DNA of 64,000 nt from Squalus acanthias (GCA_030390025.1 CM059433.1:29576001-29640000), one strand, 5' to 3'; counted from the stretch's first letter, positions 48,189 through 62,013 are shown. Numbers and translations: made by a program. Notes: generated from the letters alone by a model not told the origin.

Positions 48189-49926
48189 ATGGCAGATCCA
48201 TGCCCCAGGGAGAGAGCCCACAGATTCTGCAATCAAGCATTGGAGGCGTTGGTGTTCGCTGTGGAGAGACAGAGGGCGGTGCTCTACCCGATGAGTGGCA
48301 GGAGGCCCTCACCGCAAGTCTTCTGCACCATGTGGAGGGAGGTAGCACAGCACATCTTGGGCAGCACTGTGGTCCCCAGGACCCACACACAGTGCAGGAA
48401 GAAATTTAACGACTTCACTCGAGTGGTCAGGGTGAGTCAGTGCTTCAACAATTGATACATACCACCATCTGAACCATAGTCTTCAGAGACTGCCCAAAGC
48501 ACTCCCCCACCAACAATCTCTGCCTACCAACACTATGCACACAATGAGACTATGGCAGGCACATCACATCAAAAACATTGCTCCACACTCATTCACACAC
48601 TTTCCTTTCTCTTGCAGGCCAAGGTGGCTCACAACAGGAGGGAACAGGAGCTCATAGGTGTGGGACAAGCCGACACCCAACCACTGTCTGCACTGGAAAA
48701 TAGAGTACTGGAGATTATTGGGCGCCAGGTGGTGGGCACCGTGGCCACCGACGACGTTGACTGACTTGGGGACAACAACGGTATGTTCATCCCTACTCTT
48801 TCTTCTCACATCCCACTTCCCCCTCATCCCAAAAGCATTTCGCACTTTCCAGCTAATCATGCCGTATGCATGCACTTCTCCCTTCCTGCCCCCCTCCCCT
48901 CACCTTAACCCGACTATTGTGCCTTTATTCTTTCAGATAATCAGCAAGCACCTGTGCAGCCTGTCCCTGAGGGCATGGTAGAGAGCGAGGCGGGAGAAGA
49001 GGAGGAAGAAGACACTGCGTCACTGCATGTCTCATCCACAGGCACCAGCTCAGATACTGGCATTACGCGTTCTTTAGAGGCTAGTATAGTAGCGGGATCT
49101 GCACAGGGTGAGGCACCGGGAACGAGTGGGCTGCAGCAAGGCCAGGGGGAAAGGGTAGCTTGGGGGCCAGCTCCCCAGAGGGTGAGTTCATGCGCGAGTT
49201 CTGCTGCACAGGACTCCGATGAGGACCTCGATGGGGAGGCATTTAGAAGAAGGGTGATGGGCATGCACACGGAGATGATAGGTGCAATGGCAAGGACTCT
49301 CAGAGAGACCGTGGTGACCCAGACCTGATGCCGCATGTGATGGGCAACCTGGCAGCTTCCATTGCAACACAGGTGAATGTCTTAGTGCTGTAATGCAGTC
49401 TATGCTTGGTTGCATCCAATCTCAGGCTGCTCTCATGCAGTTTCAGTTTTATACCACACAAGCTCTTACTGCTGCCATCGTGGCTGGGTTGACCACCGTC
49501 GACCAGGACTTTCACGGTGTCGCAGCGGGCCAGCAATCTGTGCTCCAACAGATTCCTAGGGATGCTGAGGTGCTGCCCCAGGGGAGTGGCAGTGGGTCAG
49601 TGGAACAGGAACCTGCTGTCCTCTCTCACAATGATAGCATTCCTGCTCCCACCACTGCCACTTCTCCATTGCCCTTGTTGCTGCCTGTCATCCAGCCAGC
49701 CCAGACTGCTACCGCCCATGCTGAGGTGGTGCAGTCTACAGCCGGGCCTTCCAGGCCCAGAGCTGGTCGAGGGCATCCTGCAAGGCCATCTGAAGTCACC
49801 CGCACGGACACTCAGCAGCCTTCCACCAGCCCTGCTGCAGCCACTGGGCCAACACTTCGTAGGAGCACTAGAGTAGGCAAAGGCACAGTAACGACAGGCA
49901 CCAAGGGATTGCACAAGGGTGAATAG
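48189..49926 (+). pseudogene. Harbinger Myb/SANT gene, 3 exons, disrupted
   Basis: Exons 48189-48431 (RTHTQCRKKFNDF), 48618-48780 (TGA at 48762) and 48937-49926 (frame break near 49328-49393); same intron phases as 40577-42500. Confidence 0.82.
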
Positions 49927-50084
49927 ATAATAATGTTGCTGTTAATGTGTTCACTGATTTTTGATAAATTTATTAATTCAGTTTGGATTCTTTTGTGGTG
50001 TGTCTCATTTCAGCTTTGCGCTGTGACATGGCCTACGACGGGGATGGAATGATGGGAATGTGGTGAGCAATGGGGATCTGGGGT

Positions 50085-51117
50085 TTAATTCATTGGAACC
50101 GCAGTCTGATGAGGTGGTCACAGACCGCCCTTCCGGAAGGCCAATTGAGTGGCAGCCTCCTCCCTCAGTCCTTTACCTCCTCCTCCTCCTCCTCCTTGTC
50201 CTCCTTATCGTCCTCCTCATCTTCCTCTTCCTCCTTGTCCTCCTCCTCCTCCTCTCCCTCTTCCTCCTCCTGAGGTGATCCCACAATCCCTGGTGGCAAG
50301 GGTTGAGCCCTCATGATGGCCAAGTTGTAGAACATGCTGCAGACCACCATGAAATGGGACACCTGCTCAGCCGAGGAGTGGAGTGCTCCTCCCGAGTGGT
50401 CAAGGCAGCAGAACCATTGCTTCAGCAGGCCGATGGTCTGCTCGATGATGCTCCTGGTGGCAACATGGCTCGCATTATCTGAGTGCTGAGCAGGGGTGTT
50501 GGGGTTGTGGAGGAGAGTCATGAGCCAGGTGGAGAGCGGATTGCAAGCTTGACGTGGTGGCTAGAAGGGTGCCCGCAAAGCCACATGGGTGCAGTCAATG
50601 GCGCCCTGCACCATGAGGTCTCCCACTATCCTGGAAAAGCCATATGCATGCTTGTCCTGCTTCTCTCTGGTGATGGGGAAGGAAATGTAGTCCCTTCTCC
50701 TACTGTAGAGAGCCTCTGTGAGCTCCCAGATGCAGCGATGGACGGCGAACTGTGAGATGTTAGCTATGTCTCCTGTTGCAGACTGGAAGGATCCACTGGC
50801 GAAATTGAGGGTGACGGTGACGTTGACTGCCACATGAGAGAGCTGTGGTAACCCTGATCTGAGGCTGGAGGTCTGCAGGAGGAGGCAGAGTTCTGTGACC
50901 ACCTCCTTGTGAAGCAAAGCCTTCTAATACACTGCTCCTCGCTTAATTGAGGGTAGGAGAAGTGCTATCGGAATACCCTCGGAGGGTAAGGCCTCCTGTG
51001 GAGAGCCCTGATGGCCCTTCTCCTCCCTCTGGCCACATGTTCCAGTCTTTCTCGCTGCCTCCACTCCCTCTGTCGTAGATCCTGGAGGGCGAGGTCGACT
51101 GCCAGTACAGCCCCCAT
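50085..51117 (-). pseudogene. Harbinger transposase remnant (deleted and frameshifted)
   Basis: RRPYPPRVFR, FASGSFQ, VQGAIDCTHVAL, TRSIIEQTIGLLKQWFCCLD and an acidic tail. Confidence 0.85.
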
Positions 51118-51604
51118 TAATGTAACCAAGTGTAGCACTTTGATTTTTTCAAGAATCAATGTAGCTACTTTTTAGTTGCCTCAACACTCCTGATACTAAG
51201 TAACGTTGAAATTACAGAATGAGACTGTTGCACAATGTGAAACTGACAAGAAAGCGCTGAAACTCAACGAACCTACAGCTGCAACTCATTACTCATGATC
51301 CCTTTAAATAACGTCCCTAGAGCCGGTTTCCTGTTGCTAAACATTATCTCTCCCTGTCGCCATTTCCTCCAGGCACTAAGGTAGGTGGCGACAATCAATT
51401 TCGCAGATCGGGCGGTCAGTGAGCGTTGCACACTCACTGACGTCACAATCCACCTGGTGTTGAGGCTCCCAGCGGTAACTGTTAGTGGCGGCGCTGCGGG
51501 AGGACGGGATTTGGTGTGCGGCATTGGATTCGCCTCGCCCTGGCTCTAGCGCCCCGTTCGCGGCATCTGCTGGCGCTAACGGGAGGCGCTAAGGTACCAA
51601 AGTA

Positions 51605-52858
51605 TTTATAGCACAGGAACAGGCCATTTGGCTCAACTGACCTATGCCAGTGTTTATGCTCCTCACGAGCCTCCTCCCACCCCTCTTCATCTAACCCTAT
51701 CAGCATATCCTTCTATTCCTTTCTCCCTCATGTGCTTATCTAGCTTTCCCTTAAATGCATCTATGCTATGTGCCTCAACTACTTCCTGTGGTCGCGAGTT
51801 CCACAATATCACCATTCTCAGGGTAAAGAAGTTTCTTTTACATATATTTATTGGTGACTATCCTATATTGATGCTCCCTTGTTTTGGTCTCCCCCACGAG
51901 TGGAAACATCGGGCTCAATTTTGCCAGGCCCGAGGAGGCGGGAATGGAGGCGTGTGGGGTGTTAAAATTGCAAAAAATGGTGGGCGGGCCCGACCCCGCC
52001 TCCATCCCGCCTCTGAGCAATTTTCCCAAATGCGTGGTTTCTGATCCCGTCTCCGTCCCGCCTCCAAGAGGTGGGATAGGCCCTTAAGGCCCTTAACAAC
52101 CACTTAATTGCCTCTATAATCCCATTTTGAGAGGCCTTTCTAATTTTAAGGCTTTTCCGACGTGATGCACGCCTCCTCTGAAACACGACGGTGAAACCTG
52201 GCGGTAGCACACTTGGATTGCTGACTATCAACTGCAGGTCCACCATTAAGAAGGAGATTTGATCAATCATCATTCTGGGGGAACTTTTAGCAGTCATAAC
52301 CATTGTTGTGGAATCCTCCTCCACCACCACCACCACCACCAAAAATCTGGGAGTAGACTTAGGTCTCCTGCTGCTCATTTTGCCTCCAGGTCCCTCTCAC
52401 AGCAAAGGCCAAAAGCTTCCCAGTCTTTGCAGACCTTTAATGCAGCAGCAATGATGACATCATCAGAAGCGACTTTCAGACTGAAAACACTAATTGGGTC
52501 ATGGGTTCCCACATGCTGGAACTTAATTGCCCAATTAGGGGAAAATCTAATAATTCTCCCACATCCAATTGGAGTCGGGTGGCTAACACGAAAAGTGGAT
52601 GACACGACCCCAGCCCGCCCCAATGACAAAATTGAGCCCATCATCTTTACGTCAACCCTATCAAACCCTTTCATAATCTTAAAGACTTCTATCAGGTCAC
52701 CTCTCAGTCTTCTCTTTTCTTGAGAAAAGAGCCCCAGCCTGTTCAGTCTTTCCTGACACATATAACCTCTCAGTTCTGGTATCATTTTAGTAAATCATTT
52801 TTGCACCTTCTCCACTGCCTCTATATCCTTTTATAATATGGAGACTAGAACTGTTCTC
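51605..52858 (-). mobile_element. CR1 3' portion, interrupted by a Harbinger derivative
   Basis: ERLNRLGLFS..RRLRGDLIEVFK (52785-52640) continues at 51910 as FPLVGETKTR. Confidence 0.82.
51911..52639. mobile_element. Internally deleted relative of the 38533-42779 Harbinger
   Basis: TIR GGGCTCAATTTTG / CAAAATTGAGCCC, ATC TSD. Both subterminal regions are colinear with the full element; retains the Myb start MSSRRPKSTPRF. Confidence 0.88.
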
Positions 52859-52948
52859 AACAATGCAGCAATAGAAGCAAGAGTGGAGAAGCTCCAATTC
52901 AGACTATGCCGTGTAAACATGGAACCCTTAGCTTGAATCTGCACCAAT

Positions 52949-53675
52949 GGCCTAAATTCTGCTGTCAAAATAACAGTGAGGCTAATAGCGCTCGCCGTTG
53001 TTTATGTGCAAATGCCACGGCAACTTCAGACGAGGGCAGATGCGTGGTTAAACACGGAAATCCAAAAGTTGCTCTCGGAGATGCGCCACTTTATCATTCG
53101 CTTCGCATATCACTTTTTGGCTCCCCATTGAGTGAAGTGAGGTTCCTGTGCTTGCTGGGTAAACTCAACGCAAAATGTTCAGTCAAGTCATTTCAAGTCT
53201 AAGTACCCTTTTAATGACATGCTAAGTGTTAATTACTGCCAGTCAACCTCTCTGGAATTGAAAATTAACTATGGCAAGTGTGGAGTCTCATTTCATCAGG
53301 TATTAACTGCTGTTGGAGATTTTTTCCTTAATTTAAAATAAAAAAATATTTTAACACGTGGGCATGAGCACAAACTTAATGATGACATCGTTAAAAAGGT
53401 ACTTACGCTCTCAATTATCATCCCTACCTTTCTGCAGCGAGTTTAATGGGCAATTAATGTGCAAATCCAGCAAATCCTTATAAATAATGGGGAGGTTGCG
53501 GGTGAGATGCTATTTGTGTGACGCAAACTGTAGAGCGGCGTAACTCAACCAGCAAGTTCTGGAGTTTTGCAACTCACAGCATATCTCTTGATCCCCTGAA
53601 CTTGCTGGCCGATTTGTACATTAATAACGATGTGTGTCATTAACACACTGTTAATTTTTCAGCAGATTCCGGCCC
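52949..53675. mobile_element. Long-TIR palindromic MITE (Harbinger-like ends)
   Basis: Ends ggcctaaattctgctg / cagcagattccggccc; 53390-53660 is homologous to 57220-57495. Confidence 0.65.
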
Positions 53676-53682
53676 ACACTAT

Positions 53683-55411
53683 GGGCTGAATTCTGCCGGC
53701 GCTCAGAGGGCGGGTTTGGAGGCGGGTCTGCTGTCAAAATGGCATTGATTATCAGCGAGGCAGAAGTCCGCTCTGAACCCGCCTCCTTGTTAATACCCAA
53801 GTGTCGGCTCTGCCTGAGGTTTGCAGACCCGGCACTAAGCGGCGGGTCAGGCAATTGAGATACTTAAGAAGCTGCTTAAAGGTATTTAAGCAGCATTTTA
53901 CCAGGTCCTAACATGTTTTCCATGATTTTTAGGAGGTTCCCGATGCTCGGGGATCACATCAGGTAAGTGTGTTGGGTTCTCAATGACTCTGCATTGCTGT
54001 GAATAGTTGACAGTTGTAAAAGTGATATAAAAGCTACCATTTCACAGCTGTTCAATTTCCAATCTTAGAGGCTGGAGCCTTCAGGATTTGAAATACACTA
54101 TTCAGCTTTTTGGCTGTTTGAAATTTTTGGAGCAAACTCTCTATCCAGTGTCATCTCCTTGGAGCAACCTTTCTCCCATTGACAGATCGCTTCTGTCATC
54201 TCAACTTCAGTTGCCATCTATTCCATCAGCATTGAAAAAATCTCACCTTGGTCCTCAGAATCCCACCACAATCAGCTCCAACACCAACATCACCAGGCAC
54301 ACCAGCATCACCAGGCACACCAGCAGCACCAACACCAACCTTCTCTGCAATCACCTGATGCTGCACAGGACAGAGGGCATCAGCACCCGACCACAGTGCT
54401 GCCCGGGTGGCCAGGGTAGGCCTCACCATGGCCAAATTTACTTCACTTGACGCTGTACACCCTGGCTGCCACATGATGTGCCAGGTTGGCACCACGCCAC
54501 ACCAACACCATAAAGCATCCCTACAATGCCCAAGCCATTCCTTTTGCACTCATCACCATTGCGGGGGATACCATTATGTCTCACCATTCACTGCAACTCA
54601 CTAAGCCACAGATCTGTCCAAGAAGGCAAAGTGTTGAAAATAAAGATTTAAATGTTTGACAACACATTAACAGAAACTTTACATGAACATTGGCGATAAC
54701 ACCCAACAGCCTACCCTTGTGTGTTGTTAGTTGGTATGATTGGACAAGGATGAGGGTGAGTATGAGGGGTGGCTAGTGAGATGAGGAAGTGATAATGTAG
54801 ATAGAGAGGGATGGGTGGAGGTGCAAGTTGTGTGAGTAAAGATGTGCAGGAGTAGAGTAGTGAAGGCAGAGTGATGGGGTTGTGATGAATGGCACAGCAG
54901 GATGAGGCTGAGTGTGGCTTTGCAGTAACGTTTTGTGATCTACTGGGATCATTGAAAGGTTTGCTCCACTGTAGCCTGGTACTACTGATGACATCCCTGC
55001 TATTGCCCTCCTGTGCAATGTGCAACCAGGCTGCATTGATCTCCTGGGGAGGTCTCTTCCGCCCATTGGAAGGGAAGAGAAACTCCCTGCGTGCAGTGAC
55101 TCACTCCATAAGCATATGGAGGGAGTAATGGGAGAGCCTGGGTGCAGCCGTGCACCTTTGTGCAGTGCTTGTCAGTGTTTGCAGCACCTCAATGCTGTAG
55201 AACACTGACAGCACAAATGTCAAAATGATTGTGGTCCCAAATGACATCATCAGACCCGCTTCCTATTAAATGGCCGGGAACCTAGCAGGGCGGGCTTAAC
55301 AAGCCCCATCAATGGGAAAATCTTGGAGGCCGGGATCGAGACAGATGCGGGGTCCCCATACACCACGAATGTCGCCCGCCCGGACCCACCGAGGTTGGAA
55401 AAATCCAGCCC
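53683..55411. mobile_element. Non-autonomous Harbinger (both genes internally deleted)
   Basis: Ends gggctgaattct / aaaatccagccc; Myb exon 1 remnant on the minus strand near 54920-55200; homologous to 62165-63873. No clear TSD. Confidence 0.78.
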
Positions 55412-55414
55412 AGT

Positions 55415-57497
55415 GGTGAAAGATTTCCCCCATTCGCTAATTGTAGCGGAACATGCTTACCAATTTGCACATGAAGGACATCTCCCCCATCTTAATACAA
55501 ACAAGGGTATATGTAATGAATGATACATATGACTCTCTGGCACTGAACATTAACTATTACAAGTATGGAGACTCATTGCTTCAGGTTTTAATTGTTTCAG
55601 ATTTTTTAAATTTTAAAATAAAACTTTTTTTTAACTTTTCCTTTCTGTCTCTTTTATCTCTCTTAATCCAATCTTTAATTCCCTCTCTTTATTTTGCTTC
55701 TGTACCTGATTTGACAGTGCATTTAATATTCTAACCATCACTTCCTGGTTCAGACTCTGCGCTGCTAAATTCACAATCCTTCAATCTGATTGGTTAAGGG
55801 AAACACAGGTACTTGCCCTGTTCAGTCAGATCCCAGATGCCCTGTAGATGGCGCCGTGCCATTTTCCTCTCCTGTTTCCAGAAATTTGACATACAAAGGC
55901 CCGAAAATTAAACCTAATACGTGAGAGTACGCACTGTGTACTCTCGCGTATTAGATCCCGAATTGCCGGTTTCCTGCATGCACTGCGCATGCGCGGGAAA
56001 CCGGCACTTCGTGAATTGAAAAGGGGGCGGTTCCTAAGTGAACCGCGTGTGCGCTACAGGCTGTGCGCACGCAGTGCACTTAGTTTTTTTTTCAGCTTTG
56101 AACGCGCAGGTAAGTGGTGAAGATTTTACACACAAATAAAGCAGGCGTAGGACCCCCTTTTAACAAGGTAAGTAGTTAATTAAGTGTTATTTTAAATTTT
56201 TTTCAACAGGTTTATCTTTTTTAGAGACTTTAAAGAAAGGTAAGTTTATTTTTATAACTTTTAAAAAGATTTAAAATTTTTTCAAAAATTAAATTTTTTG
56301 TTTAAAGTGGTTCATTTATTTAACTATACTTATTTTATTAATGTGATGGCTTTTTTTTAAATTTAATTGAGGTTTAGCTGTTCTTTTGGGGGTTTGTAGT
56401 ATTCATAGCTTTGACAGCTCTTGCCGTCAAAACTATGAATGAAAGATGGTGTGCTGCCATTGGCTCTAACTGAATCACGTGATCCCAGAGCTCACACGAA
56501 CTAATTGCGCCTCTGGGTCACGCAAGCACTGCACGGTTCCAACAGAGAGAGCCTTTGAAACTAAAGTTCGTGTGGGCCCGGAGCAAAAAGGTAGGCGCGG
56601 AGTGCGATATCGCGGAGAATCCTTACCCCCGCGGGAACCATCCATGTTTAATTTCTGGGCCATTATATCATGAAGATTAAACGGGCAAGGGCAAGTCTAA
56701 CAAACAGCGGGCACAGTTTGTTGGCCTGCCACAGGAAATTTTGGGGACCATGGGCCGGACCTTGCTGGAGCGGGGCATCTCATGGCATGCACCGTTAGTA
56801 GATTTTTTTCTCACCCTTCAGCACAAGAACTTTTTGTGCCCTAATTTGCTGGAAGTGCGAGGGCAACAGGGCATCTAGGACCTTGGTGAACGATGGGTCC
56901 AGCAGTCTATCTCCTTAGCCAAGTGAGATTTAAGGATTGAGAATGATACAGAGGATCGACAGAGAAGAAAATAGGGTGAATTAGAGTCAAATCAGGTACA
57001 GAAAGAGAAATAGAGAGAGGGAAAGAAAGATCGGATTAAGAGAGAAATTTAAAAAAGAGACAGAAAGGAAATGTAAGAAAAAAAATGCAAAATTTAAAAT
57101 TTGTAATTTTTACAATCTCCAACCATAATTTATTACTTGAAGGAATGAGACTGAACAGTTTAAATTGTTCCCTTTCTGGGCCAGAGAGATTGATTGGCAT
57201 TGCATTAACAATTATCACGCTGTTAAAAAGGTACTTACGCTATTACTATTGCTAGACTTAACTTTCTGCGGCATTAATAGGCAATTAATGTGCAAATCCA
57301 GCAATGTCTTATGAATAATGGGGAGGTTGAGGGCGAGGTGCTGTTTGTGCAAAGCAAATGGTGGAGTGATGTAAATTGACCAGCAAGTTCTGGAGATTCG
57401 CAGCTCACAGCATATCTCTTAATCCCCTGAACTTGCTGGCCAATTTGCACATTAATAATGGCGTGCATCGTTAACACGCTGTTATTTATCCAGCAAG
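55415..57497. mobile_element. Long inverted-repeat MITE with a nested insert at 55898-56661
   Basis: 55570-55850 is the reverse complement of roughly 56860-57155 (e.g. cttctgtacctgatttgac / gtcaaatcaggtacagaaag). Confidence 0.65.
55898..56661. mobile_element. Hairpin-rich MITE
   Basis: Imperfect TIR ggcccgaaaattaaac / gtttaatttctgggcc; several internal palindromes. Confidence 0.65.
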
Positions 57498-57877
57498 ACT
57501 TTCGAAGAAATATGTTAGTATTTTGTGATATTTATCATATGGTTGTGGTCTGTAGCAATGACTACAGTGGAAAGGAAAATCAGGCGGGTGTATAACAGGT
57601 GGTTAATACGATACCGTCAGTTTTACGCCCCCTCACCGAAGTTGAAAGTTACCCCCTCAGAGTCAACCACAAATTATGGGTTTGGAGTTAAATGTAGGCC
57701 AGACCAGGTAGAGGAACAATTAGTGAAGCAATTGGTTTTTTTTTGCCAATGTGGCAGCTTCATGGTCATTTTCTGCTGCTTGCCCATAAATTACCAGGTT
57801 TATTGAATTCAGTGGCACAACTTGCCATGATGAGGCTTGAGCTCAGTACCTGTTCAGTACCATGACAATTCACCAAA

Positions 57878-58005
57878 TCATAGAATCATACAGCACAGAA
57901 GGAGGCCATTGGGCCCATCGTGCCTGTGCCGGCACTTTGAAAGAGCTATCCAATTAGTCCCACTCCCCATGCTCTTTCCCCATAGCTCTGCAAATTTGTC
58001 CTTTT
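57878..58005 (-). mobile_element. CR1 tail fragment
   Basis: (atagaatc)n plus the reverse complement of 30950-31070. Confidence 0.75.
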
Positions 58006-58461
58006 ACTTTTAATCTCATTGGTCCATTGTCCCATCCCTCTCCTCCTGTCCCACCCTTTCCCATTCTCCTACTTCATCGGTGCAATTTCATTATTATTGA
58101 AATGAAACCTAGTTCTATGGTCCCTTATCAGCTACCCCCACATTTAAGGTCTAATTGCTAATTGAGAAGAAACTGTGCCTCTATAAATCGCTGCAGCCTC
58201 AAAACTCACTGATAACAAAACGTTAGGTAGGGCTCCTCAGGGTATCATTGGATTCAGTTTTTCTGCCACATGGGATAATGTTTTTTGATTGCGCTACAGA
58301 CCAAATATTGATCCGCCACATTTTCTGGCATGCGGATGGAGGGGATGCTGCTTTCCTCTTAATGAGTACTGTATGTACCTTCAGGCTGCAATGAGTAAGT
58401 GACTGATTAACAGGAGTTATGGGTCTGGATTCTCTTCCCATTGGAGGGTTGGAGAATGAAA

Positions 58462-58840
58462 GAAAAAGAACTTGTATTTATATAGCGCCTTCCATGACCT
58501 CAGGCTGTCCCAAAGTGCTTCACAGTCAACTAAGTCCATTTGAAGTGTAATTACTGTTGTAATCCAGGAAAGGTGGCAGCCAACAGCAAGCTCCCACAAA
58601 TTATAATGAGATAAATGACTAGTTAATCTGTTTTAGCTGTTAGTTGCGGAGTACATGTGGGTCAGGGCATCTGGAGATCGCCCCTGCTCCTCTTAAAATC
58701 GGGCCATAGGATCTTTTACATCCACTTGAGAGGGCAGACAGGGTTTCCGTTTAACATCTCTACCGAAGAACGGTACCTCCGACAGAGCAGCGCTCCCTCA
58801 ATACGGCATTGAAGTTAGCGGTGGGATGGGACTTCAGTCC
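58462..58840 (-). mobile_element. Diverged DeuSINE (a further tail fragment lies at 58985-59082)
   Basis: Reverse complement of the tail and body, more diverged than the other copies. Confidence 0.72.
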
Positions 58841-59269
58841 ACCCATGTGATCCTGTTGCAAACCTGCTTAGGTTTCCTGGTCTGGCCCTCGTCATTTAGG
58901 CAAGGTGGATGGTAAGACTGCTGCCTGTTGGTTTATTGCCAGTGGGTGGGAGAGAATCTTGGTGCTACTTTTTTGAGGCAGTAGGAAAGAAAGAGCTTGC
59001 ATTTCTATAGCGCCTTTCACGACCTCAGGATGTCCCAAAGCACTTTACAACAATGGAGTATTTTCAAGTGTAGTCACTGTGGTATGGTGACATTAGGCCG
59101 CACTGGACCATTTTACTGATTTTAGTGCCGACACTGCCCAAAAATGGGTGGCACTAATAAAGAAAACCCAACTCGTGGTACGTATGCTATCTATTTCAAC
59201 ATTTTCAGGTCTTTTGTGTATTATTACATACCGATAATGTATTGATGACCTTGCAGTTCTGGAAAACAT

Positions 59270-59510
59270 TGCATAGAATTACATTGAATTTTACAGCACA
59301 GATACAGGCCATTCGGCCCAACTGGTCTGTGCCGGTGTTTATGCTCCACATGATCCTCCTCCCTCCTTACTTCATCTCACCCTATCAGCATTTCCTTCTC
59401 TTCCTTTCTCCCTCATGCGCTTATCTAGCTTCCCCTTAAATGCATCTATACTATTCGCCTCCATTATTCCATGTTGTCGCGCGTTCCATATTCTCAGCAC
59501 TCCCTGAGTA
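59270..59510 (-). mobile_element. CR1 3' UTR fragment
   Basis: Homologous to 51605-51830 and, as reverse complement, to 14950-15105. Confidence 0.72.
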
Positions 59511-59830
59511 AACATTGTGCTATGTTTGTAGTTCCCCATGTCCCTTCTAGACCAGGGTGGTCACAACCAATGATCATGAATGTCCCATGCAGGCTGCTCA
59601 CCGGCTTTTACATTGCAAATACCGCGCATGCGCAGAAATTTAAAGGGACCGCGCATTAAAAGAAACAGGCAGCGCTGAACAAAGTGCAGCTTACAGGGAA
59701 CATTGCTCACAACCATATGTTGAGTCTTGATAGGTGAAGGCAACTTGCTGTTCAATGAAAGTAATTGGTCATTGGCTAAAAGTAATTGGGATATCTGATA
59801 TATTTCTTGCTTGAAAGTCCAATAAATCTT

Positions 59831-62013
59831 GGCCTAGAAATTCAAGAAGGCCCGAAAACAGGCGGAGGCACCGCGGGTCGAGCATTGCTCGTGCCCATTT
59901 AAAAATCGCATACAGCACGTTATTTTGGTGCTGCCTGCTGATTTGAATGATTTTAGCGCACAGCCGAGCGACGAACGCACTGCTTCAGGCTGTGTGCTCA
60001 GCAAGAGGCCCAAAGTCACCACACTGTAGCATCCCTGGAGCGAGGCTGCATTCTCTTAAAACAAGGCTGTCATTTTAGAAAGCAGTCTTGAGCCCATAAA
60101 GGGGAAGTGCCTTCTGAAAAAAATTTTTTTAAATCATTCAATAATAGGCAGTCTCTATTCCTTAAAGCTCGACTGCCTTCTGAAAAAACCCATTAAAAAT
60201 CATTCCAATCTAGGCAGTCTTCAGCTCTTAAAGCCATCTGCATGTAAAAAATGGCAAAAGTGCTTCAGCACTAACACAAATGGCTCAACAAGCCAGGAAA
60301 AGGGCACCCAGGATCTCGCACATAGCACTCCAGCTTTGTGTAGAGGTTCAACAGTGAAAGAGAGGTCCTCTACCCACAGGGGTCAGGAGAACCTCCAGAA
60401 AGAAGGATGTGTGACCAGATCGGCGAGGACATCACTGCCAGCAGTGTCGCCCCCCAGGACCTGGCTCCAGTGCCCAAAGAAGTTTCATGACCTCAGACAA
60501 GTGGTCAAGGTCAGTGAATGCATCATCAAAAGCCGTCTCCTACCAACTGCACCACTAGCCTCACACACTGCTCAATGTACGACCTACCCCCACCCCATCC
60601 CTCACATACCATCAATCTCTACCAAACACGAGGCACACCTCACATTCCTAGCTTCACCTCACCCCCTTGGAGGAGACGGTGCTGGCCCTTTTTGGTAGGG
60701 GCATGATTGAGCCCTTGGCCAGTGGCAGGGCTGAAAGAATACAAGATGCCGGTAACCTCATATGTTATCCTTCTTCTCACATCCCACTTCCCCCTCATTC
60801 CACAATCTCTTCTGATGTACAATCTGCACATGGTATAAGCATGCACCTCTTGCTTACCCACCTTCCCCTCACCACAACTCCACCTTCTTCATTTCAGACA
60901 CCCAAGAAATCCAGCCTGCCCATCCAGTGGTTGACAAAGAAGAGGGACAGGAGAGTGAAGAAGAAGAATAAGAAACACCATCACTCGATTTGACACTCCT
61001 AGCCACCAGCAGCTTGAGGTCATCTTGCAAGGCCACCTGCAGTGTCCCCCACTGAAAGTCAGCAGCCTTCCACCAGCCATGCTGCAGCCACTGGGGTAGC
61101 ACTGCATGACATCAGTAGGATAGGCAAAGTCACATGCAAGACAGTCACTAAGGGAATGCACAAGTGCGATTAGTTGATGTTTTGATGTAATATTGGATGC
61201 ATATATGTATAAAGTTGGATTGGAAAGTTTGCTTTGTAGTGGCTTTTATTTCAGCATTGTGGCCAAGAGGACGCTGTGATAATCAGTAACAGAGGGAAGG
61301 GAAGGTGTGGGAAAAATGTTGAAAGGGGAATTGGGGTTGTGGTCACTGGTACTGCAGGCGGATGATTCCATCCCAGATACCTCGGCCAGAAAGCGGCAGT
61401 CTGGGTTGCATCCTTCCTTCCAGTTTCTTCTGCTTCCCCCTCTGCTGCTTCCTCCTCTTCTGCTTCTTCCTCTTCCAACTGCTTCATCTCTATGTGATGC
61501 TGTAGCCCAAGGGGGACTGCAACTAGAGCCCCAGGACTTGGAGCAAGTGGTTTTCTCAGAGGCCTTCCTTTAACATCCAAAGCCTTGCAAGCATCCAGCA
61601 GCACACTTTAACAGCTTTTTAAATGTATTGCACCAAGCCACTACTCCAATAAAATATTTAAATAGACACTCCAAAAGCAGAAATCGAAACTTACCTGAAA
61701 GATATGTGTGTCCCTTTAAGAAGCATTGACAGCATTTCTTTACAACTGCTGCACACGCGTGCTTCTATGCGTGGTTTGGAGAGGGCATTATGGAATGCGG
61801 CGACATCCAAAATCGCAGTTGTGTGTCAATTCAGGCGTTGCACGCCGATTGATGTCACAATCTGTACATTAATATTGGAGAGGCGGAGCACAGGCAATGG
61901 CAGCGTGCCGAACTCTCCAAAATGGCAGCTACCGTGTCCGGCGGCAGCAGCAAGGCGGCCGCCATTTTTTCATGAAAACCGGCATTACCGGCCGGCATGA
62001 AATTTCGCGGCCC
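59831..62013. mobile_element. Decayed Harbinger derivative (Myb remnant on +, transposase ends on -)
   Basis: Ends ggcctagaaatt / aatttcgcggccc; RTWLQCPKKFHDLRQVVK|gtcagt; acidic transposase tail near 61400-61500. Confidence 0.75.

Larger units (their letters stand above)
47830..51600. mobile_element. Second Harbinger family, decayed (Myb on +, transposase on -); right TIR not found
   Basis: TAA|GGGCTAGAAATT left end; both gene remnants present; right end abuts a CR1. Confidence 0.85.
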
